In this document: piece after piece, positions 9,651-20,245 of the stretch
How positions within the stretch are numbered: position 1 is the stretch's first letter
Layout of the letters: each line of letters opens with the position of its first letter
Source of the DNA: a virus
Taxonomy: Duplodnaviria > Caudoviricetes
Reading direction: 5' to 3' (one strand)
Virus record (IMG/VR): IMGVR_UViG_2568526700_000003
Span: 5,222 to 69,221 of that record
Length of the DNA: 64,000 nucleotides
Notes under the pieces: generated by a model
What the model was told of the DNA's origin: nothing
The model's database searches: none
The model's input: the letters and a program-made list of their open reading frames with translations, nothing else
Program-made: the position numbers and the translations under genes

Positions 9651-9907
9651 TGTCAAAATACAACATTGCAGCCAAAAGCCAGGAAGAGCGAGACAAGGTC
9701 AACGTCGACCTGGCAGCGTCCGGCGTCGCCTACAAAGAGCGCCTGAACATGCCAGTTGTCGCCGAAGTGGTAGCCAGAGAACAACCTGAGCATCTGCGCG
9801 AGTATTTAATGGAGCGCGTTCGCTACTACCGCGAGCAGAGCATCCAGCTACCCCGAGCATCCGATCCGCGCTATCTGGAAATGGCCAGTCAGAACGAGAA
9901 AAAATAG
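9650..9907 (+). CDS. holE: DNA polymerase III theta subunit homolog (HolE/HOT)
   Basis: [25 protein letters not shown]...[10 protein letters not shown]. Confidence 0.9.
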   Translation: MSKYNIAAKSQEERDKVNVDLAASGVAYKERLNMPVVAEVVAREQPEHLREYLMERVRYYREQSIQLPRASDPRYLEMASQNEKK

Positions 9908-10002
9908 CCTATGTTCGTTTTGCAATTCGGGATTTAGCCCGTCATAATTATCTCGTCAGTCTGGACAACTGACAACTTTACCCCGGCGCCAAGTGGGGAC
10001 AC

Positions 10003-10101
10003 ATGGCGCACAAAACCTTACAGCAATCCCTGTCACCGATGGCGAAAGCCACCGGAGAGTTTCTGCATTCTGCGTTTAGCCTCTGCGGAGGTGAAGCGTG
10101 A
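10003..10101 (+). CDS. Small hypothetical protein
   Basis: SD plus 32-aa ORF with GTGA coupling to the ybcN-like gene. Confidence 0.4.
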   Translation: MAHKTLQQSLSPMAKATGEFLHSAFSLCGGEA

Positions 10102-10553
10102 ACATCCCTCAATGCGGCATCAAGCTGCACAACGGCAACTTCAGCGCTATAGGCAAGATTCTTCAGGATCAGCTCTCTGACGGGAAATGCCTGCGCCTGC
10201 AGGTCAAAGAGTGGCGCGAAAAACGCAGCCTGAGCCAGAACGCACTCAGTCACATGTGGTACACGGAAATCAGCGAATACCTGATTAACTCCGGACGTAC
10301 CGACGCAACTCCTGAGTGGGTTAAGCGCAACCTCAAAAAGACCTATCTCGGCTGCGAAGAGGTGACATACACCGACTTCATCACCGGTGAGAAAACCACA
10401 ACGTGGGAGCCTCGCCATACCGCCGACCTTGATACCGGTGAAATGCACATCTTCCTGACCAAAGTAGAGGCCTGGTGCGCTCAGTTTGGTCTGTCTCTCA
10501 CCATTCCACACGGTTGCGAATATCAGCAACTGCAGCAAAAGCAGGAGGCCTAA
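10098..10553 (+). CDS. ybcN: YbcN/NinB-family protein
   Basis: [28 protein letters not shown]. Confidence 0.8.
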   Translation: MNIPQCGIKLHNGNFSAIGKILQDQLSDGKCLRLQVKEWREKRSLSQNALSHMWYTEISEYLINSGRTDATPEWVKRNLKKTYLGCEEVTYTDFITGEKTTTWEPRHTADLDTGEMHIFLTKVEAWCAQFGLSLTIPHGCEYQQLQQKQEA

Positions 10554-10720
10554 TGAGCAGCCTTCTCGCCAAAGTAATGGAGCGCGGCATCTTCCGCGTG
10601 CCGGCTCGCCGCAAGCGCAAGGTCGAAGTTAAACCTTCCGATATCCCCACTTTTCACTATACGGCTCACCTGGCAGATGTCCGCTGGCTGCGCCGCGCTG
10701 CCAGAAGGAAAATTGCATGA
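10553..10720 (+). CDS. ninE: NinE-family protein
   Basis: [29 protein letters not shown]. Confidence 0.75.
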   Translation: MSSLLAKVMERGIFRVPARRKRKVEVKPSDIPTFHYTAHLADVRWLRRAARRKIA

Positions 10721-11385
10721 GCATTTATCAACGCATTAACGGCGCTGACTGGCGCAATATCTGGGTTGTTGGCGACCTGCACGGCTGCTACACCAACCTG
10801 ATGAACCGGTTGGACGCTGTCGGGTTCGACCCAGCACAGGATCTGCTGGTTTCGGTTGGCGACCTCATCGACCGCGGTGCGGAAAACGTCGAATGCCTTG
10901 AGCTAATCACAATGCCCTGGTTCATGGCTGTTCGCGGAAACCATGAGCAGATGATGCTCGACGGACTATCCTCCTCCGGGAACGTGAATCACTGGCTCGC
11001 CAACGGTGGCGGATGGTTCTTTAACCTTGACTACGACAAAGAACGCCTGGCTATCGCGTTGTCCCATTTGGTTGCTGGTTTGCCACTCATCATCGAGGTA
11101 ATGACCGAGGGTGAGAGGGTGGTGGTCTGCCATGCTGACTACCCTCATAACGAATATGCGTATGACAAGCCCGTCGATGCAGAACAGGTCATCTGGAATC
11201 GTGAGCGAGTGAGCGCGGCTCAGGATGGGATTGTCTCGCCGATAGCCGGTGCTGATCTGTTTATCTTCGGCCATACTCCTGCGCGCCAGCCCCTGAAGTA
11301 TGCCAACCAGATGTACATCGACACCGGAGCTGTATTCTGCGGCCGCCTGACCTTGGTGCAGATCCAGGGTGGTGAGCATGCGTAA
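10717..11385 (+). CDS. ninI: Ser/Thr protein phosphatase (lambda NinI/PP family)
   Basis: [23 protein letters not shown] and IDTG motifs. Confidence 0.93.
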   Translation: MSIYQRINGADWRNIWVVGDLHGCYTNLMNRLDAVGFDPAQDLLVSVGDLIDRGAENVECLELITMPWFMAVRGNHEQMMLDGLSSSGNVNHWLANGGGWFFNLDYDKERLAIALSHLVAGLPLIIEVMTEGERVVVCHADYPHNEYAYDKPVDAEQVIWNRERVSAAQDGIVSPIAGADLFIFGHTPARQPLKYANQMYIDTGAVFCGRLTLVQIQGGEHA

Positions 11386-12013
11386 ACCTGCACGTCGTAA
11401 ATGCGCCCACTGCCGCGAATGGTTCCATCCTGCCCGGGAAGGGCAGGTGGTATGCAGTTTTGAATGCGCCAGCGCGATCGGCAAAAAACAGACAGCAAAA
11501 GTCCGGGAAGCAGCGAAGGCCAGAGCGGTGAAGCACCAGCGCGAATCCGAGAAGGAGGGGCGCCAGCGCCGTAAAGCAAGATTGGCTGAGCTCAGACCTA
11601 ACGGTTACTACAAAGCCCAGGCTCAGAAGGCATTCAACGCCTACATCCGCGCTCGTGATGCTGGTTTGCCATGCATCAGTTGCGGCGAGACCAACCCGCC
11701 TGATCTGCATGGCGGCCAGTGGGACTGCGGCCACTTCAAAACGGTCGGCGCTTACCCTGAGTTGCGTTTTGAAGAGCGCAACGCTCATAAGCAGTGCAAA
11801 TCGTGCAATGCCGGGGCCGGTAAGTACACCGCCAAAGAGTCGACGGTTGCTCAGCAATACGAAGCTGGCCTGGTCGCTCGTTACGGACAGGAGTATGTCG
11901 ACTGGCTTAACGGCCCCCACGAAATGACCAACTACCGCCGGGAAGACTTTATTCGTATCCGCGATGAGTACCGCGCCAAGCTCAAAGCACTGAAACAGCT
12001 GGAGGCCGCATGA
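11378..12013 (+). CDS. ninG: NinG/Rap endonuclease
   Basis: CxxC motifs, [30 protein letters not shown]. Confidence 0.92.
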   Translation: MRKPARRKCAHCREWFHPAREGQVVCSFECASAIGKKQTAKVREAAKARAVKHQRESEKEGRQRRKARLAELRPNGYYKAQAQKAFNAYIRARDAGLPCISCGETNPPDLHGGQWDCGHFKTVGAYPELRFEERNAHKQCKSCNAGAGKYTAKESTVAQQYEAGLVARYGQEYVDWLNGPHEMTNYRREDFIRIRDEYRAKLKALKQLEAA

Positions 12014-12150
12014 ACCACGACGTTATCGAACGCATCCGCGACCGCTGGCAAAAGCTGCGTCTATGCCGGCACCGTGGCACCGTACTGGTTGACTACCGAA
12101 TTTTGAAGAATTTCGTCCGCATCTATCAGGCTTCAGGAGAGAAAGCATGA
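12010..12150 (+). CDS. YlcG-family small protein
   Basis: IERIRDRWQKLRL.R.RGTVLVDYRILKNFVRI; coupled between ninG and Q. Confidence 0.7.
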   Translation: MNHDVIERIRDRWQKLRLCRHRGTVLVDYRILKNFVRIYQASGEKA

Positions 12151-12836
12151 ATACCCAGTACCTTGAGTATGTTCGCCAGCAGCTGATAGTGGCCACCGCC
12201 GATCTGAGCGGTGCGACGAAAGGACAGTTGGTTGCTTTTGCAGAGAACGCACAATTCACCGCTACGGCGCGTAGCCGGGGAAGGAAGAAAGTAGCCGACC
12301 CGGTAACCGGCCGCATGGTAAACCCATCCAGCCCGCCAATTCCCGGGCAGCAGTCCCGAGCTAAGGGTTCATCAATCGCTCTTGTACTGCCCGTTGAGTA
12401 TTCGACGGCCAGTTGGCGCCGGGCTCTGCTGTCGCTGGAAGATCATCAGAAAGCCTGGTTGCTGTGGAACTACAGCGAGAATATCCGCTTTGAGTATCAG
12501 GTAGCGATAACACAGTGGGCATGGGAAGAATTCCGTGATCAACTCGGCGCTAAGAAAGTGGCCGGCAAGACGATGGAGCGCCTGAAGAAGCTTATCTGGC
12601 TGGCGGCACAGGACGTGAAAGCAGAGCTGGCGGGTAAGTATGGATATCAGCATCAGGACCTTGCAGCCCTGTGTGGCGTTAAGCCTGATAACTGGTGCCA
12701 TAACTACGCTGATTACTGGCGGGCTATGTGCGCCATTTTTAAGCGGCTTGATAGCGACTCTCTTCTCTGTGCTGTGAGAACACGATCACAACAAAAAGCG
12801 ACTTTTTCGCAGCAGGGTCTTGCAAAAGTCAATTAA
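12147..12836 (+). CDS. Q: Late antiterminator Q (phage 82/DLP12 type)
   Basis: QYLEYVRQQL..ATADLSGATKGQL, STASWRRA; last gene before the late leader. Confidence 0.9.
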   Translation: MNTQYLEYVRQQLIVATADLSGATKGQLVAFAENAQFTATARSRGRKKVADPVTGRMVNPSSPPIPGQQSRAKGSSIALVLPVEYSTASWRRALLSLEDHQKAWLLWNYSENIRFEYQVAITQWAWEEFRDQLGAKKVAGKTMERLKKLIWLAAQDVKAELAGKYGYQHQDLAALCGVKPDNWCHNYADYWRAMCAIFKRLDSDSLLCAVRTRSQQKATFSQQGLAKVN

Positions 12837-12924
12837 ATACGTCATATTTGAGTCTACTTTGATATGCTGCCTTAACTTTAAGTGGCGGCATGAAGATGAT
12901 AGTCACATACCAGTTTGTAAAATT

Positions 12925-12952
12925 AGCCTCGGCATTCCGCCGGGGCTTTTTT
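12925..12952 (+). terminator. tR'-like terminator after pR'
   Basis: AGCCTCGGC..GCCGGGGCT followed by T tract; TTGCAA..CATATT promoter-like sequence at about 12820-12848. Confidence 0.7.
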
Positions 12953-13390
12953 ATGCCTGCGATCCGGTCAGGGCTCTTGGGTTGAGACGTGCTGCACGAC
13001 ACGTCGACACCCGCCGGTAAGAGCTCTGAACCAGACTGAAGTTACTCTGCAATAAGAAAACTGCATGTCATCATTTGCTTACATCTTATTGACCAGAAAA
13101 TTAACATCTTGTTAATCTATTCTTGTGGTGAATCCCCCTGTGCGGTGGGGCGACCAGTCACTTACAGTGATCTGTAAATGCAGCGCGGGCCATGTCGGCT
13201 GGGACATGCTCACCGGGAGGCACCCGGCACCACGCAGTACTACTAAGACATTTGGTAGTGGGGTTGCTGTTTCGGCTCCTCCATCTATGTTTAAAAGGCA
13301 GTAACGGAAAAGCGAGCGCTCTCCTGGTAAATCGGTAGCTCGGACTATTAGGTGCGCTTTCGTTTGTTACTACCTAGAATGTCTACTTTC

Positions 13391-13487
13391 TGCCCGTTCC
13401 TCTGAGCGGGCTTTTTTTCGCCTGATTAAGGCATTGCTACAAACCATAAGACATTTAAGGGCTGCGCTTTAGCGTGGCCTTTTTTTA
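13391..13487 (+). terminator. Two intrinsic terminators in the late leader
   Basis: GCCCG..CGGGC T7 and GGGCTGCGC..GCGTGGCC T tract. Confidence 0.65.
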
Positions 13488-13596
13488 TTTCAGGGTCGCG
13501 GGAATCACCCTCGACGCTTTGTTGGTAAATCAGCCCGACGGCCCTGAACCTTTTACTGACTACAGATAGCACCCCGAACATTATCGGAGGTGAGAG

Positions 13597-13911
13597 ATGC
13601 AACGTATGAACCCAACCGATGGTCACAATCTGCCTTACTGGTGGTCAGCCTTGCTTGGTATCTTTTCCGTCCTGAGTCTGCAGGATTATGTCTTCATCAT
13701 TGGCGCCCTGATCTCTGCCTTCTTCACAATCAAGACGTATTACGCAAAGCGTAAGGAAGAGCGAGAGCGACTTGATGAAGAGAAAAAGCGCACGCAGCTG
13801 TTGGCCAGTTATCTGGCTGATGTCTCCACAAAGCCAGGAAGTGACCGCCCGGCTTCAGCCGAAGTGGTAACCGAGGCCTTAAAGCGGATCGCAAGTGATA
13901 CACAGGGGTGA
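13597..13911 (+). CDS. Holin (dual start M-Q-R-M)
   Basis: Hydrophobic segments, charged C-terminus, upstream of the endolysin. Confidence 0.8.
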   Translation: MQRMNPTDGHNLPYWWSALLGIFSVLSLQDYVFIIGALISAFFTIKTYYAKRKEERERLDEEKKRTQLLASYLADVSTKPGSDRPASAEVVTEALKRIASDTQG

Positions 13912-14420
13912 GCATGACGCCATCAATGAGGAATAAACTGATTGGCGTGATCGCCGGCGGTGGTGGCGCCATAGCCATTGCTTCTGCGCTCATTACAGGA
14001 CCGACTGGTAATGATGGTCTTGAGGGTGTGCGGTACGATCCCTATCAGGATGTGGTAGGCGTCTGGACTGTCTGCTATGGCCATACAGGTAAAGACATCA
14101 TGCTCGGCAAGAAGTACACCGAGGCTGAATGCCGTGCGCTTCTCAGTGAAGACCTGAACACCGTTGCTCGCCAGATTGACCCATACATCCAGAAGCCGAT
14201 CCCCGAGACAATGCGCGGGGCTCTGTACTCGTTCGCCTATAACGTCGGCGCTGGCAATTTCCAGACCTCCACGCTGCTGCGCAAAATCAACCAGGGCGAC
14301 CAGAAAGGTGCATGTGATCAGCTGCGCCGCTGGACCTACGCCAAGGGTAAACAGTGGAAGGGTCTGGTAGCTCGCCGCGAGATTGAGCGCGAAGTTTGTT
14401 ACATGGAGGTGGCAAAGTGA
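13908..14420 (+). CDS. SAR endolysin (GH24 lysozyme)
   Basis: Gly/Ala-rich SAR segment; E-X8-D-X5-T triad ([23 protein letters not shown]); YNVG. Confidence 0.93.
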   Translation: MSMTPSMRNKLIGVIAGGGGAIAIASALITGPTGNDGLEGVRYDPYQDVVGVWTVCYGHTGKDIMLGKKYTEAECRALLSEDLNTVARQIDPYIQKPIPETMRGALYSFAYNVGAGNFQTSTLLRKINQGDQKGACDQLRRWTYAKGKQWKGLVARREIEREVCYMEVAK

Positions 14421-14908
14421 TTGATTTTCATGTCGCTTCATCGTTTCTAAGTTACTCGCCAGAGGATGGACAACTACGCTGGAAGTTGAACTCAAATAAT
14501 ACCTTTGAAGGGATGGTGGCTGGTTGCGGTGATGGAAAAGGCTATGTGCTGATTGGATTAGGAGGAGTCAAGTACAAGGCACATAGACTGGCGTGGCTGC
14601 TAAGTTTCGGTGAATGGCCGCCAGGACCTATCGATCACATAAACGGCATAAAGTCCGACAACCGGCTATCGAATCTTCGGGTGGCGAGCACATTGCAAAA
14701 CAACAGAAATTCGCGGTCAAAGGGCGGCGCCTCTTCATTTAAAGGGGTTGATTTTCACAAGGCGGCTTCAAAGTGGCGAGCGCGAATAAGAGTTGATGGC
14801 AAAAGAATTAACATAGGCCATTTCTCATCCGAGAGGCAGGCTGCTTTTGCATATGATTTTTATGCGCTTCACTATCATGGGGAATTTGCGAAATTAAATT
14901 TCGCTTGA
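14417..14908 (+). CDS. HNH homing endonuclease with AP2 domain
   Basis: AHRLAW, IDHING..DNR..NLR; C-terminal FKGV..KWRARI..IGHF..AA.AYD. Confidence 0.9.
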   Translation: MIDFHVASSFLSYSPEDGQLRWKLNSNNTFEGMVAGCGDGKGYVLIGLGGVKYKAHRLAWLLSFGEWPPGPIDHINGIKSDNRLSNLRVASTLQNNRNSRSKGGASSFKGVDFHKAASKWRARIRVDGKRINIGHFSSERQAAFAYDFYALHYHGEFAKLNFA

Positions 14909-14917
14909 GGACCGGAA

Positions 14918-15013
14918 ATGAGCATGATTTGTTTCTTTATTTCTGCGCTCCTTGCCTTCAATGGGAATGACGCGTGGCCGTGGTTTCTGGCTGTCGGGGT
15001 AATCATGTCATGA
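14918..15013 (+). CDS. Small hydrophobic protein
   Basis: MSMICFFISALLAFNGNDAWPWFLAVGVIMS; ATGA coupling to Rz. Confidence 0.45.
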   Translation: MSMICFFISALLAFNGNDAWPWFLAVGVIMS

Positions 15014-15360
15014 GCCGATTAACCGCAATCATCAGCGCTGTAGTCATCCTGCTGCTTTCCTGCTTTTTCTCGTGGCGTTCTGGCTGGAATTCTCACGCTG
15101 ACCATATCAACGCCCTCGCGGCGAAGAAGAAGGAGAAAGCCGAGAAGACTATCCAGCCAGTTGAGCAAAAGGCCGCTGCCGCTACAGAAGAGGGCAAGGT
15201 CATCTACCGAACCATAACCCGCGACGTGGTGAAATATGTCCAGTCTCCGAATCGTACTGTGTGCCGGTTTGACGATGATGCTGTGCAGCTGCGCCAGCGA
15301 GCTATCGATGCTGCCAACGCCATCCCCGGATTTGATGAGCCCTCCGTGCAAAGCAAGTGA
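15010..15360 (+). CDS. i-spanin (Rz-like)
   Basis: N-terminal TM and periplasmic domain; follows the endolysin. Confidence 0.8.
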   Translation: MSRLTAIISAVVILLLSCFFSWRSGWNSHADHINALAAKKKEKAEKTIQPVEQKAAAATEEGKVIYRTITRDVVKYVQSPNRTVCRFDDDAVQLRQRAIDAANAIPGFDEPSVQSK

Positions 15361-15478
15361 CGCAGGGAAGGACACCGACGAAGACCTGCAATCGGACGTC
15401 GAAACCGCTCAATGTCTGCGCCAACTGCGGTTGGATAAGTACCGCTGGCAGGCCTACTACCGTGCAGTGAGTCAGTAG
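15236..15478 (+). CDS. o-spanin lipoprotein (Rz1-like)
   Basis: Overlaps Rz in another frame; lipobox LCSC; Pro-rich. Confidence 0.75.
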   Translation: MSSLRIVLCAGLTMMLCSCASELSMLPTPSPDLMSPPCKASDAGKDTDEDLQSDVETAQCLRQLRLDKYRWQAYYRAVSQ

Positions 15479-15797
15479 CGGGGCTACATTGCCGTTCCTG
15501 CATGGCAAGGTCGGCGTGATAAAAAACCCCGAAGAGGATATCCAAAAGTAAACGGGGCGCTGAATGAACAGCTAATGACTAAACAATACATCGTGTATCT
15601 AAATATGTTTAATCATTTCGCAACCCGGACCATATTGCGGAGGAGTACACCTGTGTTTTGGCGTAGGACTGCTATCAGCGCTGGGGCAGTGCAACCGGGA
15701 TAAGGCCGATATCAGGCAGGCAGAATCAAAACGCCAGTAGGGCATTACAGAGCCACTTCCAGAGGTGGCTCGATAATGTCACAACGAGGTAAGCCAT

Positions 15798-15941
15798 ATG
15801 CGCACCACTGGAATCCTAATGGCGGAAATTACGCTTCGCCCATACATGAAGCCGCTGCTCATCCTTTCAGTGCTTTTGCGCTGGGGCTGGCTCACTAAGA
15901 AGTGTATCCGGATTAGCCCTGTAATTGGTAAGCAGGCGTAA
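15798..15941 (+). CDS. Small hypothetical protein
   Basis: SD GAGG plus 47-aa ORF MRTTGILMAEITLRP... Confidence 0.4.
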   Translation: MRTTGILMAEITLRPYMKPLLILSVLLRWGWLTKKCIRISPVIGKQA

Positions 15942-16062
15942 TTATAAAATTCTGCAAATGGTGTCTGAAAAGCGCCATTGGCAGAGTTTTATATAATTTT
16001 TTTGATACCTCGGTGTCGAAATTACCGAGAAAGTATCTTCTACACCCAGAGGATTGTTCTGC

Positions 16063-16698
16063 ATGACTGAAAATGACAATCGCAGACCATACCCTCCCGT
16101 CAACTTCACTGGCGAAAACTGGCTGTCGTATACCCGGCTGATCCCTGCTGCCGAAATCGGAGAATGGGTAAATCAGAACATCCTCACCGAAGAAGGCCGA
16201 ATCCATAACCCTGACCATACGCATTTGATCGACGCTGATGTCGCGTTCATGTGGGCCTCTGGCTCATTCGCCAAAAGTGGCCGCATTGTGCTGGGTCAAT
16301 GTGAGCAGGTAATGATGCGTTCCGGAGGCTGGCAGAAGTCCCGCATGGAGCAGCAGATGCATGAATGGTTCGGTCGTATACCGAAGTTCATCATCACCCT
16401 GGCTGCTGACTACTGCGAGCAATGTAACGATCTGGAGTTCTGCGCCCTGGTGGAGCATGAGCTTTACCACATCGCCCAGGCTACCGATGACCATGGCGCG
16501 CCGAAGTTCAACAAAGAGACCGGTATGCCGGTGCTCAAACTTCGCGGCCATGACGTCGAGGAATTCGTCGGAGTTGTACGGCGTTACGGCGCCAGCAAAG
16601 ACGTGCAGGAAATGGTGGATGCGGCGAACAGGCCGGCGGAGGTTGCTCATATCGATGTTGCCAGAGCGTGCGGGACGTGCATGCTGAAGCTGGCATAA
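16063..16698 (+). CDS. Putative phage metallopeptidase
   Basis: LVEHELYH zincin motif and HDVEEF..VV.RYG; upstream of terS. Confidence 0.8.
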   Translation: MTENDNRRPYPPVNFTGENWLSYTRLIPAAEIGEWVNQNILTEEGRIHNPDHTHLIDADVAFMWASGSFAKSGRIVLGQCEQVMMRSGGWQKSRMEQQMHEWFGRIPKFIITLAADYCEQCNDLEFCALVEHELYHIAQATDDHGAPKFNKETGMPVLKLRGHDVEEFVGVVRRYGASKDVQEMVDAANRPAEVAHIDVARACGTCMLKLA

Positions 16699-16728
16699 AT
16701 TTGGAATGCTTTGGAAGGATGGTGATTT

Positions 16729-17217
16729 ATGGCTGCACTAAAACCAGAAGTGAAAGCCTTCATCATTCAGATGCTTGCATGCTATGACACCCTGTCGATT
16801 GTAGTCGACGCCGTCCAAAAAACTTTCGGGATAAAAGTTACCCCTCAGCAAGTCGAATCACACGATCCGACGAAGGTTAGTGGTAAGGGATTGGCTAAGA
16901 AATGGGTCGACCTTTTCAATGCCACCCGCGAGCGATTCCAGAATGAGATTTCAGATATTCCCATCGCCAATAAGGCATACCGTTTACGCGTTCTCAATCG
17001 CATGGCCGTAAATGCCGAAAGCATGAAGAACTACGGTATGACCGCACAACTGCTTGAGCAGGCCGCCAAGGATGTTGGCGACGTCTACACGAACAAGCAA
17101 AAAGTAGAGCAAAGCGTGGTTGCGACTCATAACGTTATGCCGGTCCCGTCCTGTGACAACGTTGATGAATGGGAAAAGGCAGCGCAGAAGCAGCAGGGTG
17201 AGGTATTAGGTGGATGA
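16729..17217 (+). CDS. terS: Terminase small subunit (DUF2280)
   Basis: QQVESHDPTK, IPIANKAYRLR; ATGA-coupled to terL. Confidence 0.85.
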   Translation: MAALKPEVKAFIIQMLACYDTLSIVVDAVQKTFGIKVTPQQVESHDPTKVSGKGLAKKWVDLFNATRERFQNEISDIPIANKAYRLRVLNRMAVNAESMKNYGMTAQLLEQAAKDVGDVYTNKQKVEQSVVATHNVMPVPSCDNVDEWEKAAQKQQGEVLGG

Positions 17218-18782
17218 ATTACAAGGCTGTATGGAAGCCCTTACCGGGCTCGCAATCGCTCTCTCTGAGCTGCCCGTGTAACGAAATTCTTTACGAGGGA
17301 ACGCGCGGACCCGGAAAAACGGCGGCGCAGCTGGCCCGATTTCGTCGCCTGGTTGGCCTCGGCTATGGCTCGTTCTGGCGTGGCGTAATTTTCGATACCG
17401 AGTATAAAAACCTCACCGATATCATCACGCAGTCGAAGCGCATGTACCGCCTGTTCAATGATGGCGCACGATACCTGGCGTCAGCCTCAGAATTGCGTTG
17501 GGTGTGGCCGACTGGCGAAGAGCTTCTCTTCCGATTCGGGAAAGAAGAGAGCGACTACTGGGATTATCACGGGCAGGAATTCCCCTTTATCGGATTCAAC
17601 GAGCTGACAAAGCAGCAATCCGCTGAGTTCTACGAAATGATGTTCTCCTGCCGGCGCTCATCGTTCCGGCCAGAGAACTACCCACTTGCTAACGGCTCTC
17701 TGCTTAAGCCTATCCCGCTGGAGACCTTCAGCACGACTAACCCCTTTGGCATAGGTCACACATGGGTGAAGAAGCGTTTCATAGAGCCAGCTCCCCGCGG
17801 CACCATCATTCGCGAAACTCAGCGGGTCTTTAACCCGCAGACGGAGAAAGAAGAGGATGTGACGCTTACCCGCGTGGCTATCCACGGATCGTTTAAAGAG
17901 AATCCATACCTCGATCCGCAGTACATCGCGACGCTGATGGCTATCAAAGACCCAAACCGGCGTAAAGCGTGGGTAGAAGGATCATGGGACGTTACCAGTG
18001 GCGGCCGATTCGACCATCTCTGGAATGAAGCGCTGCATGTCATTAAGCCGTTCCGCATCCCGGATAGCTGGACCGTCGATCGCTCTCATGACTGGGGTGA
18101 GTCGAAGCCGTTCGCTAACCTCTGGTGGGCTCAGACCGATGGAACAGCCGCCGAGCTACCTGATGGTCGACAGTTCTGCCCGCCTGCCGGTTCCCTTATC
18201 CTGATCGGTGAATGGTACGGATGCCCGCCTGACGAGCTCAACAAAGGCCTGAATATGTCATCCACCAACGTCGCGAAAGGCGTAGCGTGGATTGACAAGC
18301 GACTGGTTGGCGAAGACGTCGACGAGCCGGAAGAGATTCAAATCGACGGTGTCACGCAGGGCCAGTTGCACATTATGCCAGGCATCTGTAGCGAAGTGAT
18401 TCCCGGCCCGGCTGATGGGGCGATATTCAACACTGGCGATAACGAGTTATCGATCGCGCAGAAGATGGAAGCTCAGGGCGTTACCTGGTTGCCAGCTGAT
18501 AAAAAGCCAGGCTCCCGTATCAACGGCGCATCTCTTTTTGCGGATATGCTCGAAGCGGTGGTTGAAGGCGTGAAGCTGGAATCAGGTATACCTGAGAAGC
18601 CAGCATTCTACGTTTTTGACTACTGCCGTGGCTGGATAAGCCGCATTCCTGTTCTCGTTCGAGACGATAAAAACCCAGATGACGTTGACACTCAGCAAGA
18701 AGACCACGACTGGGATGGAACACGTTATCGCGTACTGCATTCACCACAAAAAATCACCGGCATGTTGGTGCGATCGCGCTGA
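17214..18782 (+). CDS. terL: Terminase large subunit
   Basis: Walker A GTRGPGKT, Walker B IGFNE, TTNP coupling motif, C-terminal EDHDWD nuclease motif. Confidence 0.92.
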   Translation: MNYKAVWKPLPGSQSLSLSCPCNEILYEGTRGPGKTAAQLARFRRLVGLGYGSFWRGVIFDTEYKNLTDIITQSKRMYRLFNDGARYLASASELRWVWPTGEELLFRFGKEESDYWDYHGQEFPFIGFNELTKQQSAEFYEMMFSCRRSSFRPENYPLANGSLLKPIPLETFSTTNPFGIGHTWVKKRFIEPAPRGTIIRETQRVFNPQTEKEEDVTLTRVAIHGSFKENPYLDPQYIATLMAIKDPNRRKAWVEGSWDVTSGGRFDHLWNEALHVIKPFRIPDSWTVDRSHDWGESKPFANLWWAQTDGTAAELPDGRQFCPPAGSLILIGEWYGCPPDELNKGLNMSSTNVAKGVAWIDKRLVGEDVDEPEEIQIDGVTQGQLHIMPGICSEVIPGPADGAIFNTGDNELSIAQKMEAQGVTWLPADKKPGSRINGASLFADMLEAVVEGVKLESGIPEKPAFYVFDYCRGWISRIPVLVRDDKNPDDVDTQQEDHDWDGTRYRVLHSPQKITGMLVRSR

Positions 18783-18793
18783 CGGAGGACATC

Positions 18794-20245
18794 GTGACCG
18801 AAAGCGAAATGAAACAACAGCGCGCCACCAATTCCAGCACAGAGAGGGAGCGTAATAAAAACCTCTCAATGCTGTTTAACGGAACCAGTAATACCAAACG
18901 CCAGCGACTTTATCAGGAGTTCGGTTACCCGTTACACCTCACGTTTGATGACTTTTACCGGGCGTACCGGCGTAATGCGGTTGCTGGCGCTGCCGTGACG
19001 CGCATGCTTGATGGGTGCTGGGAAGACTACCCAGATGTTTACGAAGGCGACCAGACAAAGGACGCATCGAAGCAAACAGCGTGGGATAAGCGAGTCAACA
19101 AGCTCCTGAAGCGCTGCTGGGAGCAGATTAAAGGCGCAGACCGCCGTAACCTGGTTGGGCGTTACTCTGCGATCCTGCTTCAGATTAAAGATAGTAAGAA
19201 GTGGTCTGAGCCTGTTGACACCACCATCGTGGGAAGGCTTGAGGAAAAAGCTCTCGTTAAGCTGATTCCTGCATGGGAAGCGCAAATCGACCCGATTAAC
19301 TGGGACGATAACCCGGACAGTGAAACGTTCGGCGAAGTGACGATGTACTCGTTCACTGAGTTGCCGGTTGACGGAAACTTTGACGCCCGCCCGGGCCGAA
19401 TCATCAACGTACACCCTGATCGCGTAATCATCCTGGCAGAGGGCTCTGATGATGGCGTGATGACGTCAGGAAAGTCGCTGCTTGAGGCTGGCTTTAACAA
19501 GTTGCTGGATATAGAGAAGGTGAGCGGCGGTGCGTCTGAGGGATTCCTGAAGAACGCCAGTCGCCAGCTCAACTACTCATTCAGTGAGAAGACGAACTTC
19601 TCCGCTCTCGCCAAGGCTCTTGGCGTGGCTGAGGGTCAACTTGCTGAAGCGCTTGATCAGCAGGTCCGTCGCCTTAACGACAGCACCGACAGCGCCAGCT
19701 TTATGCAGGCTGGTACCGCTGAGGTGTTGAGCGTTGCGGCAGCCGACCCAGAACCGACCTGGAGAACCGCGCTGAGCGAATTCTGCGCGACCGTCCCTAT
19801 CCCTGTGAAAGAACTCGTTGGGATGCAAACTGGTGAGCGCGCCAGCACTGAGGATGCCAAGGGGTGGGGGAGAACCAGGATGAGCCGCCGGAAAGGATTT
19901 CTGACTGACGTAATCACCGATGTGGTTTCACGCTTCTGGACCCTTGGAATTATTCCGCCGGCTCAGAATGAAGAAATTACCGTAGGTTGGTCTGATCTTC
20001 TGGCGCCGAGTCAGGCAGAGAAGATTGCCAACATGGACAAGCTCGCGGACGTGGCTGTGAAATCCACGAATGCCTTTGGCCGTTCTGCTATCACTGAGAA
20101 CGAAATTCGCGCTGCGGGCGAACTGCAACCGCTGCCTGAGCTTGATGATGAGGATCTGCCAGATGGCAACAAACCAAAACCTGATCCTCTGGCCGACTCT
20201 CAGTCAGAAGCCGAAAAGCCCGGTGATACCACGGTCGAAAGTTGA
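18794..20245 (+). CDS. Portal protein (DUF1073-like)
   Basis: Follows terL; VHPDRV and L.G.QTGERASTED motifs. Confidence 0.85.
   Translation: MTESEMKQQRATNSSTERERNKNLSMLFNGTSNTKRQRLYQEFGYPLHLTFDDFYRAYRRNAVAGAAVTRMLDGCWEDYPDVYEGDQTKDASKQTAWDKRVNKLLKRCWEQIKGADRRNLVGRYSAILLQIKDSKKWSEPVDTTIVGRLEEKALVKLIPAWEAQIDPINWDDNPDSETFGEVTMYSFTELPVDGNFDARPGRIINVHPDRVIILAEGSDDGVMTSGKSLLEAGFNKLLDIEKVSGGASEGFLKNASRQLNYSFSEKTNFSALAKALGVAEGQLAEALDQQVRRLNDSTDSASFMQAGTAEVLSVAAADPEPTWRTALSEFCATVPIPVKELVGMQTGERASTEDAKGWGRTRMSRRKGFLTDVITDVVSRFWTLGIIPPAQNEEITVGWSDLLAPSQAEKIANMDKLADVAVKSTNAFGRSAITENEIRAAGELQPLPELDDEDLPDGNKPKPDPLADSQSEAEKPGDTTVES

Noticed and set aside
15480-15790. Gene or sRNA between Rz1 and the packaging genes
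   Set aside because: Only short hairpins and no supportable ORF
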